This document shows, one piece after another, positions 31,566 to 39,991 of a DNA stretch of 64,000 nt. Both the position numbers and the translations under genes were made by a program. The DNA lies in assembly GCA_944387385.1 (NCBI GenBank), contig CALXES010000003.1, positions 66,399 through 130,398 of the forward strand, given 5' to 3'. Below the pieces are notes generated by a model. It was not told the DNA's origin, made no database searches, and saw only the letters and a list, made by a program, of their open reading frames with translations. Source of the DNA: an uncultured Clostridia bacterium (GTDB lineage: Bacteria > Bacillota > Clostridia > TANB77 > CAG-465). Positions within the stretch are counted from its first letter, which is position 1; each line of letters starts with the position of its first letter.

Positions 31566-31585
31566 TATTCTACTCTGCTAGGAGC

Positions 31586-31626
31586 AAAAAGGGCGAGTCC
31601 AAAACTTGGGCTCGCTCTTTTTTTTA
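31586..31626. terminator. GC-rich bidirectional terminator
   Basis: 10-12 bp stem GCGAGTCCAA / TTGGGCTCGC (31593-31615) with A5 upstream and T9 downstream. Serves the plus ORF and the minus OLD-like gene. Confidence 0.7.
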
Positions 31627-31631
31627 TAATT

Positions 31632-33389
31632 TTAATCATTAACAATCTCTTTAATAATATCAAATATTTTTTGAAAATTAGTAAAATTAAAATTAGAAGA
31701 AAAATCATTATTACAAACTAAATTTGCAAAGTCATCTTTTGTTAAAGCAATTGAGTTTTTTGCTTCTATATCATCTATTAAATAAACTTTTTCATCTATT
31801 ATTCCATTAATATCAACTTTATTTTTAATATTAGATATTTTTGTATAAAATTTTTTATTCTTCGACATACCAGATTTTGTGATAAATTCTTCTCCCAAAA
31901 ATATTCTTCTACCTTCTACATTTTCTTTTAATAAATCCTGTCTATTATAATAATGCTCTATAGATATTTTTTCACCATAATCACCAACAATTGGTATAGA
32001 AAAGGCATATACTTTATTTCCAAGATTTATATATTTATTTTCATATAAATTAAAATCTTTTAGTATCCTTTCATTATCTCTATCAAAAATTCCTATTATT
32101 TTATTAGGTCTCTTTATAAGTTTTAGATTATTTAACAAACTTTGTAGTCTCGAATCTCCCCACGCATTATCAATATTAAGAAATACAATATCCAAATCAT
32201 TTATATTTAATTCTTTCATAGCATTTTCAATATGTTTATTATCAGTTTTTCCTTCTGTAATTATAATAGTAGAATTACTATAAGCCTGTATATCTTTTAT
32301 ATATTTATTTAAAGAAAAAGCTTCTTCAATTACCTCTATAGAATTACAATTATAAAACTCTTTTTTATTAGGCAAAAATACATTTCCTAAGTCATCTTTT
32401 TTTAAAACAATTACTTTATCATTTTTTCTATTTGGACTATGCAATATAAAAGGTGAATGCGTTGCAACAAAAATTTGACATATTTGTTTTCCTGTTTCGT
32501 CAATACACATTCTTCTAAAATATTCAATTATTTTTTGTTGCCATATCGGATGCAAACTTAGTTCTGGCTCATCAATCAGTATTATAGAGCCAGGTAGATT
32601 ATTTAAGTTTTTCAATATAAAACTTCCTCTATAAACAATTTGCTTTTCTCCAGAACTCAATTGATCTATCGGAATGAGTTTATCTTTTCGTCTAAAATAA
32701 ATTTCTTTATATCCATTTTCATTTTTTATGCTATCAAAAACTAAATCATCGCCAAACATATAACTAAAAGCATTTTTAAATCTTCTCATTCTTTTTTCTA
32801 TAACTTCTTCTGGTGGTATTTTTTGAGGATTTTTAATAATCCAATCAGATAACTCTTCTGCATCAGAAGCTTTAATATCTATTAATAATTGAGCTATTTT
32901 TTGTGACAAATCCTGCGTTTGCATTTCACTTTTTATATCCTGATCTAGTTCCATAGCTGTTACAGATTTTATTTTATTATAAGAAAAATTAATTTCTGCA
33001 AGAGAATATATACATTTGCATATATTATTTAGTCCAAAATATACTATTGGTGAGCCAAATATCTTATAATCACTATCATTTTCCTTAAAATAATAAGAAT
33101 TTTCATTAGGAATCTTAATAATATTGAACATTTTACTTTTTATCTGAATAGAATTTTTTTTCAATTTTTTCCTTTCAGAATCAGTAATTTCAAATTCAAT
33201 TTCATAATTATCTTCAACTTTTTCATTTATGAAAATATTAAAAATATCATTTATTATTGTTGTCTTACCACACCCATTTTCTCCAGCCAAAAAAATTATA
33301 TCCTCTGCCTCTCCAGTACTATCTGTAAAGTCTAATTCTATATTTCCTAATACTTTATGATTTTCATATTTAATTTTACGTATTCTCAT
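31632..33389 (-). CDS. OLD-family ATP-dependent endonuclease-like protein (ABC-type ATPase plus C-terminal Toprim)
   Basis: 585 aa; Walker A GENGCGKTT, signature-like LSSGEKQ, Walker B ILIDEPELSLHP, ATHSP. C-terminal ITEGKTD ... IFDRDNE resembles Toprim E and DxD. Own extended -10 promoter and AAGGAG SD. Confidence 0.7.
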   Translation of the reverse strand: MRIRKIKYENHKVLGNIELDFTDSTGEAEDIIFLAGENGCGKTTIINDIFNIFINEKVEDNYEIEFEITDSERKKLKKNSIQIKSKMFNIIKIPNENSYYFKENDSDYKIFGSPIVYFGLNNICKCIYSLAEINFSYNKIKSVTAMELDQDIKSEMQTQDLSQKIAQLLIDIKASDAEELSDWIIKNPQKIPPEEVIEKRMRRFKNAFSYMFGDDLVFDSIKNENGYKEIYFRRKDKLIPIDQLSSGEKQIVYRGSFILKNLNNLPGSIILIDEPELSLHPIWQQKIIEYFRRMCIDETGKQICQIFVATHSPFILHSPNRKNDKVIVLKKDDLGNVFLPNKKEFYNCNSIEVIEEAFSLNKYIKDIQAYSNSTIIITEGKTDNKHIENAMKELNINDLDIVFLNIDNAWGDSRLQSLLNNLKLIKRPNKIIGIFDRDNERILKDFNLYENKYINLGNKVYAFSIPIVGDYGEKISIEHYYNRQDLLKENVEGRRIFLGEEFITKSGMSKNKKFYTKISNIKNKVDINGIIDEKVYLIDDIEAKNSIALTKDDFANLVCNNDFSSNFNFTNFQKIFDIIKEIVND

Positions 33390-33491
33390 TTATATATCTC
33401 CTTATTTTATAAAAATTATATCATTTTTACAAAAATAAGCAACAATAAATAAAAAGAGAAAGCTTTATTTTTTGCTCTCCCTTCTTTATCT

Positions 33492-34178
33492 TTAATAATT
33501 AAGCATAGTATTTTCTTCATGTTTTCTATAGAGTTTTATTATTTTTGCTTGCAAGTTTTCAAGAGCCTTAGCATACCATGTTAATTTTTTAGAATCTAGC
33601 TTTGAAATAGGCTTATTACTTTTATATCTAATATCGTGCTCCATTTCAGACCAAAAATCCATAGCTACAGTTCTAATTTGTATTTCAACTTTTATTATAA
33701 CTGTTTCTCCATTTATTGTAACAGGTGTCTCTACTATTAAATGATATGCTGAATATCCACTTTTTTTAGGATTATATATATAATCTTTTTCTTCTATTAC
33801 CTTTAAAGTTGGTATATTCTCTATTATTTGTTTAATAAAAAAGATATCATCTTTAAGAGGAACTACAATTCTTACACCAGCAATATCATCAATATTATCT
33901 ACTAAAGACTTATATGTAAGAACTATTCCTTTTTTCTTCATCTTATTTATTATACTTGTTTTAGACTTTATTCTAGAATCAATCTTTTCTACCATTGAGT
34001 ATCCATATATTTGATTAATTCTTGCTTTAATACCATTTAATGTACCTACTACTTGATTCATTGCAAGTTCATATATTATCAACAAATCGTTGTATTGTTT
34101 ACTTTCTATGTCAATTTTTTCATCTTCTGTTTTATCTAATTTATTATTTTTAATTATTATATCAGTTCTTGGACTCAC
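33492..34178 (-). CDS. RelA/SpoT-domain small alarmone synthetase (RelQ/RelP-like)
   Basis: 228 aa; DIAGVRIVV, SGYSAYHLIVE and EIQIRTVAMDFWSEMEH motifs. The GTG start sits within the SD-like GGGAGGTGA, so the start is uncertain. Confidence 0.8.
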   Translation of the reverse strand: MSPRTDIIIKNNKLDKTEDEKIDIESKQYNDLLIIYELAMNQVVGTLNGIKARINQIYGYSMVEKIDSRIKSKTSIINKMKKKGIVLTYKSLVDNIDDIAGVRIVVPLKDDIFFIKQIIENIPTLKVIEEKDYIYNPKKSGYSAYHLIVETPVTINGETVIIKVEIQIRTVAMDFWSEMEHDIRYKSNKPISKLDSKKLTWYAKALENLQAKIIKLYRKHEENTMLNY

Positions 34179-34342
34179 CTCCCTTATCTTTCTATTAAGA
34201 TTATATCTTGAATATGAATAATATTCAAATATATTGTGTGTTAATTAGATGAAATTTCTTTCATAATCCATTCTACACAATATTCTTTATTATTTATTTT
34301 ATATATGATATAATTTACTATATTTTAAAGTGGAGGTATTCT

Positions 34343-34996
34343 ATGCAATACTTATTTTTAGATGAGTCAGGAAATTTACACAAAAATAGTCCAGATAGAT
34401 ATTTTGTAATTGGCGGAGTTTTTACAAACAACTATGCTGATATAAAAAAATCATATGTTGAGATTAATCACGAACTCAAAGAAAAGCTTAATATGGATTT
34501 TGAAACAGAACTTAAAGCAGCATATCTTAACATGGAAGAAAAGATGGATATTGTAATAAAATTACAAAAGATGAATGGAATGTACATAGTAGGAATAATT
34601 GTAGATAAAGAAAAAATTGGTGTAGAGATAGATGAAATACATCTATACTATAACTATATAATACGTAAATTAATAGATTATCTTATTAAAATAAAACTTG
34701 TTAAAATGACTGCAAATGAAGAACTATATTTAAATATAGATAAAAGCTCAATGAAAATAGAAGATATAAACTCACTTGAGAATTATTTAAAAACACATTT
34801 TAATATTGAAAGAAGATTTAAATGTAAAATAAATGTATCATATTGGGATTCTAAGAAAAATTATATGGTACAAGTAGCAGATATAATGTGCAATACAATT
34901 TGGAACATTGCTCAGTCTAAAAATCCTATGAGATTATTTAGACATTTAGATAGACATGGAAGACTTAGAATATATAGGCTTATTAAAATTGTTTAA
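34343..34996 (+). CDS. DUF3800 family protein
   Basis: 217 aa; N-terminal LFLDESGN and C-terminal VQVADIMCN motifs; GGAGG SD. Confidence 0.65.
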   Translation: MQYLFLDESGNLHKNSPDRYFVIGGVFTNNYADIKKSYVEINHELKEKLNMDFETELKAAYLNMEEKMDIVIKLQKMNGMYIVGIIVDKEKIGVEIDEIHLYYNYIIRKLIDYLIKIKLVKMTANEELYLNIDKSSMKIEDINSLENYLKTHFNIERRFKCKINVSYWDSKKNYMVQVADIMCNTIWNIAQSKNPMRLFRHLDRHGRLRIYRLIKIV

Positions 34997-35019
34997 AAGG
35001 TGAATGCTATTCACCTTTT
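34995..35019. terminator. bidirectional terminator
   Basis: AAAAGGTGAAT-GCT-ATTCACCTTTT perfect hairpin between convergent genes. Confidence 0.65.
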
Positions 35020-35486
35020 ATTTTTATAACTTTTTTTATTATAATGTTTATTATTTTTATTATAATTAAGCAAATTATTACTCCAGTTATTATACCTAAA
35101 CTATCAATAAATACATCTTTTATCATACCACTTCTACCTGGAACAAACAACTGATGAATCTCATCTGTTATAGCATATAATGCGCCCACTAATAATGAAT
35201 AACCAATCTTTTCTCTGTTTTTTAATTTAAATGAATTAAACAAATTAAAAATTAATATTCCGCCTAAAGTATATAATGTAAAATGTGCAAGCTTTCTTAC
35301 AATAGGTTGTAAAAGTTCAACTATTTCTTCAAGCTTTACTTTATCTATATTATTATTAATAAATGTTATAATTTTTCTAATAGTATTTCCACTTGTAACT
35401 TGTGAGTCATCACCTATCTGACTTGAAAACCAGAAAACCAAAATCATCCAAAGTATAACTAAAGTAATTGATATTATTTTCCTCAT
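35007..35486 (-). CDS. VanZ family membrane protein (paralog 2)
   Basis: 159 aa; RKLAHFTLYTLGG and DEIHQLFVPGRSGMIKDVFIDSLG motifs, same architecture as 30471..31022. Confidence 0.8.
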   Translation of the reverse strand: MRKIISITLVILWMILVFWFSSQIGDDSQVTSGNTIRKIITFINNNIDKVKLEEIVELLQPIVRKLAHFTLYTLGGILIFNLFNSFKLKNREKIGYSLLVGALYAITDEIHQLFVPGRSGMIKDVFIDSLGIITGVIICLIIIKIINIIIKKVIKIKGE

Positions 35487-35580
35487 AATCTATCCTTTCA
35501 AATTTGTTTATTGTATTATATATCATTTATCTTAATTTTTCCATAAAAAATATAGAGTATTTCTACTCTATATATTAAAT

Positions 35581-36288
35581 TTATTGTATAAATTTTATGT
35601 TGTCAATTGTAAAACTAAATTCGTCATTTTTGTCTGAATATACGTCAATTGATACAAATTTTTCTTGTCCAGGTTCAATATAGTTAATTGTCTCTGATGA
35701 GTTTGTGTTTGATTCGATTACATCTGCACTCTCTAAAACATTCTTTGAATTGTTTTTCACAATTACAGTCAATGTTTTTTGATTTGTTCTGCTGTAATCA
35801 ATTTCATAATATGCAGTAATACTTATATCTTGAGATGTTACATTCTCAACAGGTCGTATAACACTACTATCACCAGTTACAGTATTATAATATAAATTTG
35901 AAAATACATTAATAGAAAGCATAATCAAAAGCACTATACATACTACTGGTATTGAATAGTTATCTACCTTTGAATAGATCTTCTCATACTTACCTAATTT
36001 ATTGCTGTTTTTTTCAAGCTTAAGCTTAAATTCATTTTCTATCTCTTTTCTTTTTTCTACTTGACCCTCAACTTCAGTATCAAGTTCAAGTGGTAATTCT
36101 TGTAACTTTTTTAAGTACATCTCCTTTATATTACCATCTTCTTGTTTATATTTTTTAATTTTCTTGTTTAGCCCCCACAAAATAATAGGTAGTAAAACTA
36201 TAATGATAAGAAATAAAATGAAAACAGCAAATAGTAAATAAGATATAACATCTGCTTGATGTAAAATTCCAATAAGTTCGTTACTCAT
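35581..36288 (-). CDS. bitopic membrane protein: TM, coiled coil, TM, extracytoplasmic beta-rich domain
   Basis: 235 aa; AGGAGGG SD; own TTGACA-17-TATAAT promoter. C-terminal TLTVIVKNNS...IEPGQ...FSFTIDNIKF shared with 37929..38312. Confidence 0.65.
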   Translation of the reverse strand: MSNELIGILHQADVISYLLFAVFILFLIIIVLLPIILWGLNKKIKKYKQEDGNIKEMYLKKLQELPLELDTEVEGQVEKRKEIENEFKLKLEKNSNKLGKYEKIYSKVDNYSIPVVCIVLLIMLSINVFSNLYYNTVTGDSSVIRPVENVTSQDISITAYYEIDYSRTNQKTLTVIVKNNSKNVLESADVIESNTNSSETINYIEPGQEKFVSIDVYSDKNDEFSFTIDNIKFIQ

Positions 36289-36429
36289 ACTATCCCTCCT
36301 TTTTAAAATTTATACAATAATAATTGTATACTAATTAACTAAGTCCTAAACTGTTAGACTTATATGCTCTTTTTAAAAGCAATTGTATTATAGCATTGCA
36401 TGCTTTTTATGTCAAGATACTTTTTATAT

Positions 36430-36459
36430 AAAAAGAAAAAGAGTGCAACTTTGCACTCT
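36430..36459 (-). terminator. rho-independent terminator
   Basis: AGAGTGCAA / TTGCACTCT stem, then a T-rich run on the minus strand. Confidence 0.6.
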
Positions 36460-37123
36460 AAATAAAAACATTTTCTGATATTAAATCAAATAATCTTGGT
36501 TCTTTAAAACTAGTATTTTGATTTTCAATAGTTGTTATAGTTCCATCTATAATTCTTAATTTTGTATTTCTTTGTCCTATTTGATAAGTATAATCTATTT
36601 TAACTTTTGGATATTTTTTAGATAATTTTTCAAAAACTTTAATAGGAGCTTTATCAAAAGTTTTAAATGTAAATGTATTTTCATTTATTCTAATATCAAA
36701 AGGATTACTACCTGTCCCCCATAAAGCATCTCTTATCATATATCCATTAAAGATTGATTTACTTTTAATTTTTTCTAGAAATAACTTAGTATCACTTTGC
36801 ATTTTTCTAATTTTATACTTTTCTTTAACATTAGAAATTTCATCAGTTGTAAGCTCTATAAATTGGTATGGATACATTCTAGTCTTTCCAATAAATTTAA
36901 ATGTACTAATTAATTTTTCTCTCATATCCTTATTATTTTTAATATAAACATTAAGACATAAATTCATATAATCATCTAGATCTAAATCATCTAAGTCTTG
37001 TTCCATAGGTTCAATTTTGTTAAAGTCTATTTGACTTTTCTCACTCCTTAAATTTTTTTTGATGTTAATAACCTCATCAAAAGTTCCAAAAATCATAACT
37101 TTGTTTTTAATTATATCATTCAT
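36458..37123 (-). CDS. hypothetical cytoplasmic protein (possibly DUF1281/YubB ferredoxin-like)
   Basis: 221 aa; ALWGTGSNPFDI...FTFKTFDKAPIKVFEKLSKKYP recalls the NWGTKWN-type motif. Assignment is from memory only. Confidence 0.45.
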   Translation of the reverse strand: MNDIIKNKVMIFGTFDEVINIKKNLRSEKSQIDFNKIEPMEQDLDDLDLDDYMNLCLNVYIKNNKDMREKLISTFKFIGKTRMYPYQFIELTTDEISNVKEKYKIRKMQSDTKLFLEKIKSKSIFNGYMIRDALWGTGSNPFDIRINENTFTFKTFDKAPIKVFEKLSKKYPKVKIDYTYQIGQRNTKLRIIDGTITTIENQNTSFKEPRLFDLISENVFI

Positions 37124-37195
37124 TATATAATTCTTCCTTTCCTTTTTAATCCTATGTACACTTAAAATGACAACTTAATACAAAAAAACTACAGT

Positions 37196-37272
37196 TCACC
37201 TCCTAAATTATTAGTTGTGTTAAATTATTTTAAATGTTTTTTTATTATATCATAGCTTTAAATTTATGTCAA
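37196..37272 (-). promoter_or_regulatory. promoter plus decoy-SD leader module, copy 1
   Basis: TTGACA (37272-37267), 17 nt, TATAAT (37249-37244), then AATAATTTAGGAGGTGAACTG (SD 37204-37196), ~70 nt upstream of the real SD/ATG. Confidence 0.55.
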
Positions 37273-37326
37273 CTTATAACTATAACAAAAAGACCTTGAA
37301 AATTAATTTAAGGTCTTCATTTTATA

Positions 37327-37776
37327 TTAACTCAAGCAAATTGCTGCTGAGTAATCTTCTGCTTTAAATTTATCTGAACAAATATCTGCCTCTAATTGTT
37401 CTCCATTTACGTAAGTTTCAGTAACAACTATTGCTCTGTTTTTATCTTTCAAACAATATTTATATTTTGCATCTAATCCTAGTTTTTGTACGAAATTTAT
37501 TAAGTCATGTTGTAAATAATCTTCTGCAAATGAAATATATGCAGTTTTAGAATTTTTTCTTGCATAAACAATCTTCTTTTTAAGATCCATCTTAGCAACT
37601 TTCCATTTAGTATTAATAAACTTTGTTATCTCGCTTAGATTATCTAAGGCTTTAGGATATCTTACATATACTATTTTAATTTCTCTTTCTTTTACATCTC
37701 CTAGAAATTCTTCAATTTTTTTTGAATCTCCTTCAATACATAACACATTTGTTAATTTTTTTGACATTTTAATCAT
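37327..37776 (-). CDS. hypothetical cytoplasmic protein
   Basis: 149 aa; GGAGAGGAG SD; monocistronic with its own promoter. Confidence 0.6.
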   Translation of the reverse strand: MIKMSKKLTNVLCIEGDSKKIEEFLGDVKEREIKIVYVRYPKALDNLSEITKFINTKWKVAKMDLKKKIVYARKNSKTAYISFAEDYLQHDLINFVQKLGLDAKYKYCLKDKNRAIVVTETYVNGEQLEADICSDKFKAEDYSAAICLS

Positions 37777-37837
37777 AAAATGACTCCTCTCCTTTTTAAA
37801 ATTAATTTTTTTGTAAAAGAATTAAACTATAGCATGA

Positions 37838-37913
37838 TCACCTCCAAATTATTTTATAGTGCATAATATTTAAAATGCTTCTTTATTATACCATATGTTT
37901 ATAATTATGTCAA
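37838..37913 (-). promoter_or_regulatory. promoter plus decoy-SD leader module, copy 2
   Basis: TTGACA (37913-37908), 17 nt, TATAAT (37890-37885), then AATAATTTGGAGGTGATC followed by ATG CTA TAG (a 2-codon mini-ORF, 37835-37827). Confidence 0.55.
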
Positions 37914-37928
37914 CAAAAAAAATAGAGA

Positions 37929-38312
37929 TTAATACATCTCTACAAATCTAATTTCTACAATTTGAAATTCTACTTTACTAAAGAAATTTTCTAAATTAAA
38001 ATACATCTTTATAGTATCATTTGGTCTTAGTTTATGAATTGTTACTTCCTTTTTACTATTTTTTTCTCTTACTATTAATGTTCCAATCATACTATCTGAA
38101 TTGTTCTTTACTGTTAAAAAAACTTCTTGATTCATAAATACATGATAAACTTGCTCATATTGTACTAATTGTAATCGGTCTTGTGATACATCGCATTTAT
38201 GATTTATCCTTATTCCATTAGTTATCAAAAAAATAAAACTAAAGGAAATTAAAAAGGATATAAAACAAATAAATGCTAAAATTTTAACAAGATTTTCTAA
38301 ACAAATTTTCAA
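37929..38312 (-). CDS. membrane-anchored small beta-domain protein (paralogous domain to 35581..36288)
   Basis: 127 aa; TTG start behind GGGAGG; N-terminal TM helix; FLTVKNNS...LRPND...VEFQIVEIRF. Confidence 0.6.
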   Translation of the reverse strand: MKICLENLVKILAFICFISFLISFSFIFLITNGIRINHKCDVSQDRLQLVQYEQVYHVFMNQEVFLTVKNNSDSMIGTLIVREKNSKKEVTIHKLRPNDTIKMYFNLENFFSKVEFQIVEIRFVEMY

Positions 38313-38426
38313 TATAGCCTCCCTCTAGAATAAATAATATTATTTCTAGATGTAATATATAAATTTATATATTATTTAATCTTTAACTAATGCATAAAGT
38401 ATATCATTTTTATAGTATTATGTCAA

Positions 38427-38465
38427 ATAAAAAAGATACTCAGAGTATTATACTCTAAGTATCTT
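38427..38465 (-). terminator. rho-independent terminator after the flotillin gene
   Basis: 15-bp stem AAGATACTCAGAGTA / TACTCTAAGTATCTT (one mismatch), then T6 on the minus strand. Confidence 0.6.
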
Positions 38466-38485
38466 ATATATATAATATTAATATT

Positions 38486-39943
38486 CTATTCCTGTTTAGC
38501 TTTAACTAAATTATCTGTTTGATTATCTTCATCACTTATATTGTTTACACCAGTTAAATTAATATTTTTTGTTGTCTTTCCTTCAAAAGTATCAGCCTTA
38601 ACTATCTCTTTTATATCAATACCAGTAGCTTCTTTTACTGATTCAATTACCTTTGCCATAACAATTGGAACATTTTCAGCCATGTCTGTAACACCACTTG
38701 TATTTCCTCCTATAACTGTCACTTTATCTATAGAAGAAATTGGTTCTGCCACATTCTTTGCAAATTCTGGAAGCATATTTACTATCATTTCAACTATAGC
38801 AGCTTCACCATACTTTTTCATAGCTTCAGCTTTTTTGTCTATTGCTTCTGCTTCAGCAATACCTCTTGCTTTTATAGCCGCTGCTTCTGCTTCACCTTTT
38901 GCTTGAATTGCTTTTGCTTCTTGTTCTTGTGCATACTTTTTGGCATCAGCTTCTTGCTGTTGAGCATATTTTTTTGCATCTGCCTCTTGCTGTACTCTAT
39001 ATTTTTCTGCCTCTGCTTTTTTCTTAATTTCAGCTTCTAAAGCTTTTTCTGTTACTTCAATTTCTTGTCTTCTTAACTCTATTTCTCTTTGTCTTTTAGC
39101 AATATCTGCATCTGTTGATGTAACTTCAATTACTTTTCTTTGTTCTTGTTTTTGAATTTCAAAAGCGGCATCAGCTTCAGCTGCTTTAGTATCAGCTGCT
39201 TTTTTTAGTTCAGATTTACGTATATCTAACTCATTTTGCTTTTGAGCAATCTCTAAATCTGCTTTTACACGAGCTTCATTGGCTTCTTTATCTGCTTGCG
39301 CCTTTTTAATTTCAACATCCCTATCAGCTTCTGCTTTTGCAATCGCCGCATCTTTACGAATTTTTGCAGTATTATCCATACCCATATTCTGAATAAGATC
39401 GCTTTCATCTTCAACATTTTGTATATTGCATGAAATAATTTCAATTCCAAGATTCCTCATATCTACAGATGCCTTTTGTTGTACTTGATTTCCAAAAGCT
39501 TCTCTATTATTACATATATCTTTTAAATTAATTGTACCTACTATCTCACGCATATTTCCTTGTAAGGAATCTTGTAAATCAATTATAATCTCATCTGATG
39601 TTTTATTAAGAAAGTTTTTCATAGCAAGTTCTAAAAGTTCAGGTTCCGTACTAATTTTTACTTTTGCAACTGCATCTACCTGAATATTAATAAAATCTAA
39701 AGTTGGTATATATCCATCCGTTTTTATATCTACTGTTACTTGTTTTAATGATAATTTATCTATCCTTTCAAAAAAAGGAATTCTTATTCCAGCACGTCCA
39801 ATTAAAATACGTGGTTTTTTCTTAAAACCAGATATAATATATGCTGTATCCGGTGGTGCTTTAACATATCCTGTTAAAATACCTAAAAATAACAATAAAA
39901 CAAAAATACCTATTATAATATAAACAATAGTCATAAAACACAT
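38486..39943 (-). CDS. floT: flotillin (SPFH/Band 7 domain, FloT-like)
   Basis: 485 aa; N-terminal membrane hairpin, SPFH domain, long Ala/Glu/Lys-rich coiled coil with repeated QQEADAKKYA. Confidence 0.85.
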   Translation of the reverse strand: MCFMTIVYIIIGIFVLLLFLGILTGYVKAPPDTAYIISGFKKKPRILIGRAGIRIPFFERIDKLSLKQVTVDIKTDGYIPTLDFINIQVDAVAKVKISTEPELLELAMKNFLNKTSDEIIIDLQDSLQGNMREIVGTINLKDICNNREAFGNQVQQKASVDMRNLGIEIISCNIQNVEDESDLIQNMGMDNTAKIRKDAAIAKAEADRDVEIKKAQADKEANEARVKADLEIAQKQNELDIRKSELKKAADTKAAEADAAFEIQKQEQRKVIEVTSTDADIAKRQREIELRRQEIEVTEKALEAEIKKKAEAEKYRVQQEADAKKYAQQQEADAKKYAQEQEAKAIQAKGEAEAAAIKARGIAEAEAIDKKAEAMKKYGEAAIVEMIVNMLPEFAKNVAEPISSIDKVTVIGGNTSGVTDMAENVPIVMAKVIESVKEATGIDIKEIVKADTFEGKTTKNINLTGVNNISDEDNQTDNLVKAKQE

Positions 39944-39991
39944 ACCTCTCTTTTCTTAAATTTTACATTTAAAATTTAACTTAAATGCAGT

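Noticed and set aside
31466-31708. 80-aa minus-strand ORF overlapping the end of the OLD-like gene
   Set aside because: Runs through the OLD gene stop and the GC-rich terminator hairpin in a different frame, with no SD. The region is treated separately as the ambiguous GC-rich element.
31632-33389. Naming the OLD-like gene as Gabija GajA or PARIS AriA
   Set aside because: No GajB-like helicase or separate AriB-like gene is adjacent. Without profile searches the subtype cannot be assigned.
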